Source of the DNA: Mobula birostris
Lineage: Eukaryota
Length of the DNA: 64,000 nt
NCBI RefSeq assembly: GCF_030028105.1
Contig: NC_092376.1
Coordinates: 125,858,230-125,922,229, forward strand
Direction: 5' to 3'
A program made the position numbers and the translations under genes. The notes beneath the pieces were generated by a model that did no database searches, was not told where the DNA came from, and saw only the letters and a program-made list of their open reading frames with translations. Of the stretch, positions 37,510-50,331 are shown piece by piece; position 1 is the first letter of the stretch, and each line of letters begins with the position of its first letter.

Positions 37510-37995
37510 CAAAGTCAAAGTAAATTTATTATCAAAGTACATATATGTCACCATATACTTCTTTGAGGTTCATTTTTCTTGTGGACATTTATAGAAAATA
37601 AAGGAATACAATAAAATTTATGAAAAACTATACATAGGCAAAGATTGACGAACAACCAATGTACAAAAAAAGACAATTGAGCAAATTGTGATTTCAGAAT
37701 TATCACTGTTATATCTTAAAATGTGAGCATTTTCTTTAATGAAACTAAACCAGCATTCATGTGGCTTGCACCATAAATGTGAAATTATTGTGAGAATACA
37801 GTACAACAGGACAATGAGCATCCCCTTACTCTTAACAGAACACTGAAGCATGAATAAGCTGCAGTTAACTCAATCCAGTCTTACTATACTTCACTACTCA
37901 AGTTCAAGTTCAATTGTTGTTCAACCATACATGAATACCCAGGAATACAGCCAAATAAAACAGTGTTACTCCGGGGCCAAGGTGCAAAATACAGT
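37510..37995 (-). mobile_element. Two Rex1-type 3' tail fragments (about 37510-37690 and 37898-37995)
   Basis: Plus-strand AAAGTCAAAGTAAATTTATTATCAAAGTAC and CAAGTTCAAGTTCAATTGTTG are reverse complements of Rex1-like tails. Confidence 0.55.
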
Positions 37996-37997
37996 AC

Positions 37998-38145
37998 AGG
38001 TTGAGTACCCCTTTTCCGAAATTCCAAATGAAAAATGCCACAAGGCACTGGGAAGGTTCCCAGACAACGCGTAGGTCATTGTGCCTCACAGACCACTCTA
38101 AAAAGTGACCTCACATATGTAATGAACAAAATTTAATGAAAAATT
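37998..38145. mobile_element. Left end of a Tigger-family MITE, cut off by the Gypsy LTR
   Basis: TA followed by CAGGTTGAGTACCCCTTTTCCGAAAT, resembling Tigger4/MER46-type TIRs. I did not find the right end. Confidence 0.55.
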
Positions 38146-38693
38146 TGTAACACCCTGGGAAAGGTTTCACTGCTAATGGAATGGTCCTTCTATAGAAGCG
38201 GTGTTTGGGTTATGGTTAGAGATAACAGGTGCTTTGGAATGTGAGCCGTCCAAGGACAGGAGGGTGTTTTTGTGCTGTGTGCCTGACAACAGGGTGATAT
38301 GGGTCTTTTGTTCAGCGGGAGATGAAAAGAGAAAGCACTGGAGCGAGTCATGATCTGACGAAGGCCAGGAGATCAAAGGAGGATGGGCGAAGGGGAAACC
38401 GTGAGCTCCAACTTGTGCACGTTACTGTTCCACTAAAATGGGCCCTTTACTTTTTTTTGCTTTTTCTTCACTAACCCTGTAGTCAAATTAAGAATTATAA
38501 AGTTAAATCGTTCAATTGTATGCGGTATACTGTCTGTTGTCTTGTGGTACTGATTTGTAACAGGGTAACAAATCACGCAGCATCCACACAGACGGGGGGT
38601 TTGGGGTGGACTCACATCTCAATCTCACCTGTTTGGCAGGGCCGGAGATTGTCTTCCCTAGACTTACACAGCCAACAGAACTCGAGGGTTACA
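38146..38693 (+). repeat. 5' LTR of the PNMA-gag Gypsy
   Basis: Inverted termini TGTAACACCCT...AGGGTTACA, immediately followed by the PBS. Confidence 0.9.
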
Positions 38694-38697
38694 ATTG

Positions 38698-38715
38698 TGG
38701 GGGCTCGTCCGGGAT
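38698..38715 (+). promoter_or_regulatory. tRNA-Pro primer-binding site
   Basis: TGGGGGCTCGTCCGGGAT is identical to the canonical 18-nt tRNA-Pro PBS (as in MLV) and lies 4 nt after the LTR. Confidence 0.95.
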
Positions 38716-41700
38716 TGATTATGTTGGATGCTGTGTGATTGCCCTGAGCATTGATCCAGTGGGTTGTGTGTTTAAGTCTGTGCTAAACTATTGTCCAGTA
38801 AAGTGATTACAATACGTGGGTATGGATGCTGCCAGGGTTCAGCAGTGGTGTGCATCCATGGGGGTTATTGGTAACAAATGCATGTGTGTTGAGCGGGGTA
38901 GATATTCATACTCTTGATGAATTGTTCATTTGACTTCTAAGTACTGTTAAAGCTGTAGGCAAAGTTACGATTGTGGGATGGAGGTTTGATAAAATGGCAG
39001 CACAGAGTTTGTTTTATTTCAGACTAGCACTGACATAACGATGGTACTATTGGGGCCCCAGGAGAGGTGGGGCCATGGATTGACTATACTTTCTGGGAAA
39101 AGGAGAGTGTAGCGGAGCAGGCTGAATCATAAGTCGAGTCTTCCGTAGCTAGGGATGGAGACTTCAAAGACAGGGTTCTCTTGTTTCTGCGTAGCGACGG
39201 GAAGGAATGCTCCGATTTGGAAAGTGTAATTATCCCCCAGCGAGGAGTGCGTTGGTAGCAGCCTTTACCTCCCTGGTGAATAAATGGAAAAATGCCCAGG
39301 GTTCAACTCCCAGCTACCATAGGCTCCACCTGTTCTCAGGAACGAAGCCCACCCCTAAAGGGGAAGAGGTGCATGAGACTTGGGCGGAGCAGACTGCTCA
39401 GTTGTTAGATGAGTGGCAGTGCTCTGATGACGTAAAACGACAGCGTTTGGTTGAGAGTTTGAGCGGGCGGCTGCTGACGTAGTGAAAGCTGTAAAGGCAC
39501 AGAACCCCCTTGCCACTTCTGCGGCCTACGTGCAAGCACTAGAGAAGGTGTTTGGTGTGACGGGAAGCCCAAAGAAACTCATGAAAGCACTTCTGAACAT
39601 GTGTTAGGAGGAGGGGGAGAAGCTTTCCTACATTTTTTGGCTAGAGAGGCAGCTAAATTGCTTGCAGCATAGAGGGGCCATTCTGACAACTGAGGTGGAT
39701 CAGTTCAGAATGGACCAAATAGCGAAAGGCGCCCAGTCCCAGAACCTGATCGCTGGGGTCTCTGACTGTCTCAAAAGACGTAACCCCCCCCACCCCCCGT
39801 TTGTTGAGCTGATCAGAGAAGCATGAGAGGAGGAGAATACATCAGAGGCCTCCATCAGCAGGGTATAGTCCTCAGTAGTGGTCCCCTGTGGTGAAGTGAC
39901 CACAGATAGCCTGCCCTGGGGAGTGGTAGAGGAGATCGTGGCAGAGTTGAGAACTGAGATGTCCCTGTTGTTATCAGTGGGTGTGGCCCCCCCATATGAC
40001 GGAACTGATAGGGAGGCAGATCCTCTAAGGGGACGGACTATGCAGTGGACTGCCAGCAGCCGGGGTCCCCCGAAAAGGGGTGCGGCTGGTATTGTCTGTT
40101 ATAACTGTGGTGAAGAGGGACACTTCAGGCAGGAGTGTGAACGATGGAAAATCCCTCGGACAGTGAGCCCCGGAGAGAGACGATGGGAAAACATAAAAGA
40201 GACCCAGCGAGGGGACGGCCTGGCATATAAGGGAGAACACATTCCCAGCAATATATCAAGGAACACCCAAAAGTAAAAAATCATATTCCTGAAGGCCTAG
40301 TGGGGTGTAGCTGCAGTGTATCACTACAGATGGAGGGTATTTATGCTACAGCCATACTTGACACAGGGCCGCAGGTCACTTTGCTGTACCATTCATTGTA
40401 CAACCAGTATTTGACGCATTTACCATTGATGCCACTCAGTGTGCTAGAGATCTGGGGTCTTAGTGCCAGTGATTATCCATATGATGGTTATTTGTCAGTG
40501 AAGCTGGAGTTTTCGGAGGCCGATGTGGGAGTGGCTGAGGTCCTTGATACATTAGCACTACTTTGTCCGGACCCCGTTGAGAAGGGCATGGTTTCAATTC
40601 TTGTGGGAACCAACACTCCTATTGTGAGGAGGCTCATGGGAGCCTGCAACGAGAAAGCTGGAGAGAGCTTTCTGAGAACATTGTCTGTTCACCTGGTGTT
40701 TTGAGCTGCTTTTGAGGAAGTGCATGGCTACATTGGGCCGGATGATGAATTTAGACGAGGGACTGTGTGCTTTACCCAGTCAAAGCCAATCATGTTACGT
40801 CCTGGGGAAGTAGCGAGAGTAATGGGAAACCCCAATTTTCCCAGAATGCCTGAGGCTGAGGCCCTCTTGGCGTATTTTCCGGAAGACCATAAGGAGGAGT
40901 CAGGTGTGCCTGTTGGAGTACTGGTGAGGCCTGAACTGCAGAAGCCCTCAGTTGTACAGGCAAACAGAATGGCAGTGATTGTCAGGAACACTATGAAGAG
41001 GGAGGTCACCTTCAAGTGGGGAATGCCCCCGGCACATCTCTTCCCGGTGACGGTAATGTCTAGTGTCCCTGTGAGATAAGCCGGGGAGAAACTATAGGCA
41101 AAAGGCAAAAAGTTGACCGCTGAGTCATTCAACTTCGGGGACTCCCCAGTGCCTGCAGTTGGAAGAGGACATCGATAGAGAGGATGTTGAAGGTGGAAGT
41201 TGTCTTTTCAACTGACGAGTGTGATTCGGGTTGTTCCAAGAGCATTCGTCACACTATCCGGGTGACTGAGGATACCCCGCTCAGAGAGAGGTCACAGCAA
41301 CTGGCCCCTGCAGAGGTGGAAGACATTTGGCAACATTTGTGTATGTTGAAGGAAGCTGGGATCATCACTGAGTCCGGAAGCCCCTATTCATCCCCGCTAG
41401 TGGTGGCCAGGAAGAAGAATGGGAAGGAACCGATGTGTGTGGACTATAGGGCTCTGAACAGGTGTATGGTCCCAAGGATTGAAGACATGCTGTCCTGTCT
41501 GAGTAGTGCGAAGTGGTTCAGTGTGCTGGACTTGAGAAGTGGATATTACCAGGTCCCCATGAGTGAGGCTGACAAAGAGAAGATGGCATTTATATGTCCA
41601 CTGGGATTCTTCCAGTTTGAAACGATGCCCCAGGGCATATTGGGAGCTCCTGTGACCTTCCAGCGTGTCATGGAGAAAACGGTGCGCAATATGAACTTGC

Positions 41701-44320
41701 TTGAGGTATTGGTGTATCTGGATGACTTCATAGTGTTTGGATCCTCATAGGAAGAACATGAAGCAGGGCTACTGAAGGTGCTGGGCTGCCTGAAAGCTGA
41801 AGGGGTAAAACTTTCCTTGGACAAGTGCCAGTTCTGCAAGACATCTGTCAGCTATGTTGGGCACATAGTCTCAAGGTTGGAGTAGATACGGATCCGTTTA
41901 AGATAGAGGTGGTGTCCACATGTCCAAGGCCCCAGACTGTGAGTGCTTTGCGCTCGTTCCTTGTGTTCTGTGGGTACTATCGGAAGTTCGTGAATGGCTA
42001 TGCGAAAGTGAGTCACCCTTTAAGTCAGCTTCTGTGTGGTTACCCTCCCTTGGGGAAGACAGGGAGGAGGACAAAAGGAGAGGAGGGTAAAGAATATCTT
42101 AGCCATTTGGAGCCTTTTGGATCGAGGTGGGATGCGAAATGTGAAGAGGCCTTTCAGTCGCTGAAAGAGCTGCTGACACAGGTGCCAGTGCTGGCTTTTG
42201 CAGAACCCCCGATTGCTGTATGTACTGCAGACGGATGCCAGCAGAAAGGGCTTAAGGGGTGTCCTATATCAGGGTTAGGGCACCGGGTTGAGACCTGTTG
42301 TGTTTGTCAGCCGGAGTCTGTCACCCTCTGAGAAAAACTATCCCACGCACAAGTTGGAGATTCTGGCATTGAAATGGGCTATGGTGGATAAATTGAGTGC
42401 CTATCTCTATGGTACCAAGTTTGAGGGGAGGACAGACAACAATCCCCTAACTTATATCCTGACCCCGGTGAAACTGGATGCCACACACCATCGAAGGTTG
42501 GCAGCGTTGTCTGCCTATGATTTCAGCCTGAAGTACTGGTCGGGAAGTAGGAACATTGATGCCGATGCTTTGTCCCAATGTGTACATGAGGGGCTGGACA
42601 GGGATGAAGAGTGGGAGAGCGTTCCTGCCCCAGGGATGAAAGCCGTGTGTCAGTTTGCCATCACCGTGAAGGCAGAGGGATGGCAAGGGCAGGATCGAGT
42701 GGTAGATCAATTGGGAGCTTCTGATGACACCATTCCACAAGTTTACTGTAACCTGACTGTTCTGAAGACATACCAGTTACTGGAATTGAGTCCTGGGTAA
42801 GTGGCAGCTGCTCAGCAAGATGACCCGGGCATCGGTACCATTTTGTTAGCAGTTGAAAAGGGAGACATGGCCCAGGCAGAGAAGGCAAACCATACTGCGG
42901 CGCCTCTATTACTGAAAGAATGGCCCAGATTGGAGTTGAGGAACCAGACCGGGTCACATCGCTTCCGGACCGGCCTCTGTGCTTTCAGCTGGTTCTGCTT
43001 GAGAAGTATCGGAGGATTGTGTTGAAGTCACTTCATGATGATTCTGGACATTTGGGGGTTGAAAAGACCTATAGATTGCTCAGAGGTCGCTTTTACTAGC
43101 CCCGAACTAAGCCGGAGGTCGAAGAATACTGCAAGTAATACATTCAATGCATACGGAGGAAGACACTGCTTATGAGGGTCACTCCGTTATCCCTCTTGCA
43201 GAGTGCAGGGCCCCTTGACCTGGTGTGTATGGATTTCCTGTCAATAACGGCAGATGCCTGCAACATGGCGAAAGTTTTAGTCACCACGGATCAAGCTTTC
43301 CCCACCAAGGATCAGAGGGCATCCACGGTGGACAAAGTATTACGGGAGAATTATTTCATTTGTTACGGCCTCCTCAGGGGAATACATAGCAATCAGGGAT
43401 GGGATTTCGAGAGTCGGCTCATACATGAGTTACTGGGCATGCTCGGAGCCGAGAAGTTGAGGACTACGCCTTATCACTCGCAGGGTGATCCCCAGCCCAA
43501 GAGGTTTAATCAGACCTTGCTAGACATGCTCAGAACCTTGGAAATCAGCAAGAAGAACAAGTGGAGTCAAAATACTGGACCTCTGGTCCACTGCTACAAC
43601 TGTACACAAAATGAAGCTACCGGGTACTCGCTATATTGTCCGATGTTTGGGCACGAGGCAAGGTTGCCCATTGACCTTTGTTTTGGGACTGGTGAGGAAG
43701 ACCTACCACCAAAGACTTAACTGAAGTATGTGTCTGATATGAGAAGGGAGCTGAAAAAGGCTTATGAACTAGCTGAGGTCGTGGCTGCCGAGGTATGATC
43801 AAAAGCTTAGGTTCTCCCAACTCATGTTGGGAGACCAAATTCTCATAAGGAATTTGGGGCTACCTGGGAAGCAGAAGCTGGCTGACCACTGGGCAGTTAC
43901 ACCCCATGTAGTGGAGAGTCAGATGCCAAATGTACCAGTTTTCTGGGTGAAACCAGAGGATGGAGATGGACCTGTCAAGATTCTCCATGGAAACCACCTT
44001 CTGCCTCTGGGACAAGAGGTGCAGGTTGACTCAGAGCCTACACCTAGTAAGAGGACTCTCTGGAGACACAGGGCAACTGAAGGACCACCAGCAGGAGAGA
44101 TTACACCGGCCTCCACCCCTGAATGGGATATGGACTCAAAGGATGAGGAAATGGGGGTGTGGTATATGCTGCCTTTTGCTAACTCCCCACTGATTGAGAA
44201 AGAGATTCCCAGCTCTTCTCATGCTGAGTCAGGTGAACTCGGAGGGACTATCTGTGGACAGACTGGGTTTCAGCGGAACCCTACAAGGGATGAAGTGGGG
44301 CTCAGCTGAGGTACAGAGGG

Positions 44321-44752
44321 GTAAGATCAGAATGGTAACCTATGTGTGGAGCCAAAAGAGATGGGGGAAATCTTAAAAGAATTTTTTGCATCTGTATTTT
44401 ACTCAGGAGATGGGCACATATAAAAGTGAGGCAAGGCCGCAGTTGGTCCATGACTCTGTACAGATTACAGAGGAGGAAGTATTTGCTGCCTTGAGGCAAA
44501 TTAGGGTGGATAAATCCCCAGGGCCTGACAAAGTGTACCTTCAGGCCCTGTGGGAGGCAAGTGCAGAATTTACAGGGACCCTAGAAGGGATATTTCAATC
44601 ATCCTTAGTGAGAGGTTAGGAATCAGAGGAATGGAGGATAGCAAATGTTATTCCACTATTTAAGAAAGGTTCTAAAAATAAACCAGGAAAATATAGACCG
44701 GTGAGCCTGACATTAGTAGTGGGAAAGTTTTTGGAAGGTATTCTAAGGGACA
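44321..44752 (+). mobile_element. CR1 internal ORF2 fragment, lacking its 3' end
   Basis: DKSPGPDKVY, ANVIPLFKKGSK, YRPVSLTLVVGKFLEGILRD. Confidence 0.9.
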
Positions 44753-46135
44753 ATTTTTCAGCCCATTTCATCAGCTGGTCCAAATCCCACTACAAGCTTT
44801 GATCATTTTCCTCACTATCCAATACACCCCCAATCTTAGTGCCATCTGCAAATTTGCTGATCCATTTTACTACATTATCATCCAGATCATTGATTTGGAT
44901 GACAAACAACAACTGACCCAGCATTGATCCCTGCAGCACCACTTCCAGTCAGAGAGGCAACTACTCTTTGGCTTCTTCTGCAAAGGAATATCTAATCCAA
45001 ATTACTATTTCATCTTGAATGCCAAATGAATGAACTTTCTTGACCAACCTTCCATGTGGGACCTTGTCAAAGGCCTTGCTAAAGTCCATGTTGACATCAT
45101 CCACTGCCTTGCCTTCATCAATTTTCCTGGTAACTTTCACGAAAAACTCTGTAAGATTGGTTAGACATGACCTAGCATACATAAAGCCTTCTTGACTATT
45201 CCCAATCAGTCTCTGCCTATCCAAATACTTATATATCTGGTCCCTTAGAATACCTTCCAATAACTTTCCCCCTACTTATGTCAGGCTCACCAGAAATTTT
45301 CTGACTTATTGTTAGAAGCTTTTTTAAACAATGGAACAACGTTAGCTATCCTTCTCTGACACCTCACCCATGGCTAAAGATGTTTTAATTATCTTTGCTA
45401 GGGCCCCTGCAATTTCTGAGGGAATGAATTGTTCAGCCCTGGGGATTTACCCAGCCTAATTTGCTTTGAGACAGCAAGCATGATCTGTTTGGGGTTCATG
45501 ACTATGCTGTTGCATTGCCTCACATCTGTAGACTCTGTGACTGTCTCCCAATGCAAAAAATCCATTCAAGATATCCCCCATTTCCTTCTGCTCCATGCAT
45601 AAGTTACCACTCTGACCTTCCAGAGGACCAATTCTGTCACTTGCTATCCTTTTGCTCTTAATATATCTCTAGAAGCCTTTAGGACTCTACCTCATCTTGT
45701 CTGCTTGGACAACCTCCCACCTTCTTTTAGCCTTCCTGATCTCCTTCTTCAGCGTTCTCTTGCATTTCTTACACTCCTCAAGTAACTCATTTGTTCCTAC
45801 CTGCCTATACTTTCTATGCACCTCTTTTTTCTTAACCAGGGCCATAATATCTCTCGAAAGCCAAAGCTCCCTGAACCTGTTATCTTTGCCTTTTTTCCTA
45901 ACAGGAACATACAAACTCTGTACTCTCAAAATTTCACTTTTGAAGACTTCCCACTTGCCAAGTACCTTTGCCAGAAAACATCCAATCCCAATCCACACTT
46001 GCCAGATCTTTTCTCATACCATTAAAATTGTCCTTTCTCCAATTTAGAATCTCAATTCAAGGACCAGACCTATCCTTTTCCATAATTACCACGAAACTAA
46101 TGGCATTAGATCACCTGATACAAAGTGCTTCCCAG
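44753..46135 (-). mobile_element. CR1 internal ORF2 fragment, lacking its 3' end
   Basis: MEGILRDQIYKYLDRQ..SCLTNLTEFF..MDFSKAFDKVPHGRL; upstream tether and endonuclease remnants. Confidence 0.9.
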
Positions 46136-46410
46136 AACACAGCCTCAGAATAGAGGGGCGTCCTTTTAGAACAGAGATGAGGAAGCATTTCCTTAGCCAG
46201 AGAGCACTGAACCTATAGAATTCATTGCCACAGGTGGTATATTTAAGGTAGAGGTTGATAGATTTTTGATTAGCCAGGGTACAAAGGGATATAGGGAGAA
46301 GGCAGGAGATTGGGGCTGAGAGGGAAAATGGATCAGCCAAAATGAAATGATGGATCAGCCCCAATGGACCAAATGTCCTAATTCTGCTCCTACATCTTAT
46401 AGTCTTATGA
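46136..46410 (+). mobile_element. CR1 3' fragment
   Basis: CACAGCCTCAGAATAGAGGGGCGTCCTTTTAGAACAGAGATGAGG...CCTAATTCTGCTCCTACATCTTATAGTCTTATG. Confidence 0.85.
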
Positions 46411-46875
46411 AACAAATTGATAAAGATTACCTATATTACATGTGCAAGCAAACTGCTAGTTTATATATATCTTTATTATTTATTTATTCTTCCAACAAAA
46501 TATAATCATTAATTCATGACAATAGAATAAAATACATTGGATGGCAGGTATATCAAAGCACTTGTACAAACTTATTGTTGTGGATTTTTTGATGAACACT
46601 ATTTGTGATGCAAAATAAACAAATTATTATTATTATTTATTCAAGGAATATGGATGTCACTGGTAAAGATGACATTTATTACTCAATTATTAATCATGAA
46701 AGAAATGTACTCTGCTCCATTAATCATGAAGGTACAGCAAACTATTTCCTAGACAGAGTGGTGTATGACTTAGAGGAGAACATGAGAGTGCTGATGTTCA
46801 CATTTGCCCCTTGTTCTTCTAGGTGTCAGATATCATGGGCTGAGGGTTGAAGGAGTCTTGGAAAATTGCTGCAGT

Positions 46876-48638
46876 TTAGTTTAAATGCAAGAGATCTGCA
46901 GATGCTGGAAGTCCAGAGCAATACACACAAAGCACTGGAGGGACACAGCGGGTCAGACAGCATCTACGGATGAGAATAAACAGTCAATATTTTGGGCTGA
47001 GACCCTTCACCAGGACTGGAAAGAAAAGCTAGCCAGAATAGTAAGTTTGGGTAAAGGGAAGCGGTACAATCTGGCAGGTGATAGGTGAATCCAGGTAATG
47101 GAAAGGTGGGTGGGTGGGGGAGAGGAGAATGAAGTGAGAAGCTGGGAGGAGATAGGTGGAAATGATAAAGGGCAGAAGAAGAAGGAATCTGATAGGAGGA
47201 CAGGGAGAGGGAGAATGGGCTCCAGAGGGAGGTGATAGGCAGGTGAGAAAATGTAAGAAGGGAGTCAGAATGGGGAATGCAAGAAGAGAGCATGGAGAGT
47301 GGGGTGAAATTACCAGAAGCTAGAGAAATCTACGTTAATACCATCAGGTGGAGGTTACCCAGATGGAATATGAGGCGTTACTCCTTCAACCCGAGAGTGG
47401 CCTCTTTGTGACCATAGAGGAAGCCATGCACTGATATATCAGCATAGAAACAGAAAGTTGAATTGAAAGTGGTATCCATTGGAAATCCCACTTCTTGTGG
47501 TAGATGCAGTGAAGGTGCTCAACGAAGTAGTCCCCCAATTTAAGTCAGGTCTCCCCATTCCAGAACATCTGAAATGTCCAACTTCTTCAAAGAACAGAAT
47601 TTCTCTTCCTCTACCAAAGATGTTGTCCTCACCGCATCTTCCCATAATCATAACAGGGAGAGGGTTCCCCTATGTCCTTACCTACCACCCCATGTGCTTC
47701 TGTATCCAACACAACATTCTCCATAACTTGCACCATCTTCAGCGGGATCAGTATTACAATGAACACATCTTTCCCTCCTTCTCCACCACTCTCTGCTTTC
47801 TGCAGGGATCGGTTTCTACCTGACTCCTTTGTCCACGCACTCTACTCCACTACTTTTCCTCTGCAAGTGGGGCAGGTGCTACACCTCACTCTCCACCATT
47901 CAGTGCCCCAAATAGTCCTTCCAGGTGAGGCAACACTTCACCTGCTAGCCTGCCAGTGTAATGTATTGTATCTGGTTCTCTTGGTGTGGCCTCCTCTACG
48001 TTGGTGAGACCCAACACAGATAGGGGGGACCACTTTGTTGAGCACCTTTGCTCTGTCTGTTGAAAATAGCAGGATATAGGAGTGGCTGCCCATTTCAATT
48101 TGTCTTCCATTCCCATTCTGACATGTTTGTCCATGGCCTGCTCTGCTGCCCAGATAAGGCCAATCACAGGTTGGAGGTGTAACAGCGCATATTCCATCTG
48201 GGAAGATTCCATCCTGATGGCATGAACATTATTTTGTCAACTTCTCGTGATTTCTTCCCACTCCCTTCTTCTCTCTTTATCTATTCCCCATTCTGAGTAC
48301 CCTCTCAACACTTCTCTTCTCCTCACCTTCCCATCACTTCCTTCTGGTTCCCCTCTACTTGCCTTTATTCTACTGCCCTCTCCCATCAGATTCCTTCAGC
48401 TCTTTACCTCTTCCACCTATCACCTTCCAGCTTCTCATTTCATTCTTCCTACCTCACCCACCCACCATCCCCCCCACCACCTAGTTTCACCTATCACCTG
48501 GGAGGTGATTGTCCTGCTTCCCCTAACTTCTTCTGATTTTCCCGCTTCCTTTCCAGTCCTGATGAAAAGTCCCACCTGAAATGGCAACTGTTTATCTCCC
48601 CCACTTCCCCCAAAAATGAGCTGCCATTTTGTTTGTGT
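46876..48638. mobile_element. Penelope element with inverted structure: minus copy about 46885-47555, plus copy about 47560-48638
   Basis: The plus copy encodes decayed GIY-YIG (SFQVRQHFTC..VMYCIWFSWCGLLYVGETQ). The minus copy repeats the same 3' region. Candidate TSD TGCAGT at 46870-46875 and 48639-48644. Confidence 0.8.
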
Positions 48639-48822
48639 TGCAGTGTATCTTGTATACCATACATACAACAGCTGTAGTTCACTAGTTGTGGAAGGATTGA
48701 ATGGTTGGAGGACAGGCAGTCAAGCAAGCAGCATTCTCCTGAATACTTAACTTGTAGATTGTTGTTGGTGTTGCACGCTTTCAGTTAAATGGAGATTATT
48801 CTGTCACACTCTTTCTAGTATT

Positions 48823-49033
48823 GGGCACGTGGCCAAGTGGTTAAGGCGTTCATCTAGTTATCTCAAGGTAGCTAGTTCGAGCCTCAGCTGTGGCAGCATG
48901 TTTGTGCCCTTGAGCAAGGCACTTAATCACACATTGCTCTAGTCTGTGCGAGGAGTGGCGCCCCACACAGACTTCCAATCTGTGCCCGACGCAGGCCTCT
49001 CATGGTCTAAATCGACTTTCCCTCCCTCCCTCC
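48823..49033 (+). mobile_element. tRNA-derived CORE-type SINE (same head as 30097, different tail)
   Basis: GGGCACGTGGCCAAGTGGTTAAGGCG (A-box), AGTTCGAGCC (B-box), GCCCTTGAGCAAGGCACTTAA (CORE), (CCCT)n tail. Confidence 0.85.
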
Positions 49034-50331
49034 TTTCCAATGCCCTCACTGTGTGTGTGAGCACAGCTATGCAGCAAACTAAACAAATTATCAAAAATCA
49101 CCCAAGAAGGAAGCATTCTTTCAGGGATTTTTAAATTGAGATTTATCTATTTTTGTGAAAAGATATTGCTGTTTTAAGGATAAATAAAGAGTGGATGGAG
49201 ATGAATGTTTTTCCAATGGGTGCTTTAAATCTGATTAAATCTACCCATGCACAGCAATGGTATAAAAAACAGCTTACAGAAAGAAATGATGTTCATACAA
49301 AATGAACTGTGCCTCTTGAGACCAGAATACCCTTGACTTGTACTTTGTAAAAGGAAGAAAGGCTTTGGAACTTCAGTATTTCAGGAGAGGTGTCATACGC
49401 TGAAGAATTTTCAGCCTCTGACTTATTCTTCTTATCACATTATCTATCCAGTTAAGCTTCTGGGTAACCTTAACCCTCGAGATGTTGATAGTGGGAGATT
49501 CAGCCATTAAATGTTGAAGGGTGAGATCCACTGGCACAAATAGAGCCACAGCTTGCCATTAGTCAGCCCATGTCTGAAAGTTACTCTGGTTTTACTCCAT
49601 GCACATAGGGCCTAACTTATTTACCAATAATCCCACTTTTAAACTTCAAAGTCACCAGCTCACTAATTAGTCTAAATTAGCACCAATGAAACAAAATCAT
49701 TTTGTCTTCTCAGTGTTACAAAATTGTCTTTCCACTTTCCTGTTGGTACATTTTTTAAATATAAGTATTCTTAATGCCCGTAAAATTAAGTCTGCAAAAT
49801 ACATTATTTATATCGTTATACTTACATTCTACTAATGATACTGTGTATTAGCTAAGAAACTACTTTCTTCCATGTATTACATAGACAGAAATTAAATAAA
49901 AGATTAACTCATTTTCTTTGGAATTCTCAGCAATGCACAGAACAGTTTTAGCTGCTGATCTTGAAGAAACCTGCCTTCAGAACTAGCAGACTATATACCA
50001 GAGGTTTAGCTCTTACCAATGTGGTTTAGAATTAATAACAGCTATCGTGGATCTGTGGTATTCACTAACACTGATGCCATCATACATGCTGAGCAGCAGA
50101 TCACAGAGAATTATTCTCAATTAAAAGAAAACCATAAATTAAAAAGTCCTCATTTTAGATCAAGCTTCTGAGCAATTTTATGAAAGTGAAATAAAGATTA
50201 AGATATAAACCTAGGATTTAAGCTGTATTTGAAATATTGAAGAAAATTCTTAAGTATTTCTACCATTTTGAATGCTCAACGAGTTTCTTACAGCCAGTAT
50301 AATGAATATACAGTGGATAATTAGGACATAT

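Larger units (their letters stand above)
38146..44320 (+). mobile_element. Gypsy LTR retrotransposon with PNMA-like gag; 5' LTR and internal region, no 3' LTR
   Basis: gag from ATG 38822 with YHRLHLFSGTKPTPKGEE..DEWQCSDDVKRQRLVESL (PNMA-like) and CYNCGEEGHFRQEC; protease AILDTG; RT LDLRSGYYQ and YLDDFIVF; RNase H NYPTHKLEILALKWA; integrase DLVCMDFL, HSNQG, TTPYHSQGD. Many stops and frameshifts. Confidence 0.95.
46630..49600 (-). mobile_element. Ancient CR1/L2-group LINE (same family as 1090-2400), interrupted by Penelope and a SINE
   Basis: Reverse-complement similarity to 1250-2400 (e.g. GATGTTGATAGTGGGAGATTCAGCCA, GCCCCTTGTTCTTCTAGGTG). Continuity across the PLE: TTGCTGCAGT / GTATCTTGTA. 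Confidence 0.55.

Noticed and set aside
39207-39482. Domesticated PNMA gene
   Set aside because: It lies inside an LTR-PBS-gag-pol provirus and is broken by stops and frameshifts.
48823-48900. Genuine tRNA gene (also 30097-30170 and 56035-56105)
   Set aside because: The A/B boxes run into CORE or V domains and SINE tails, and I see no convincing cloverleaf. These are SINE heads.
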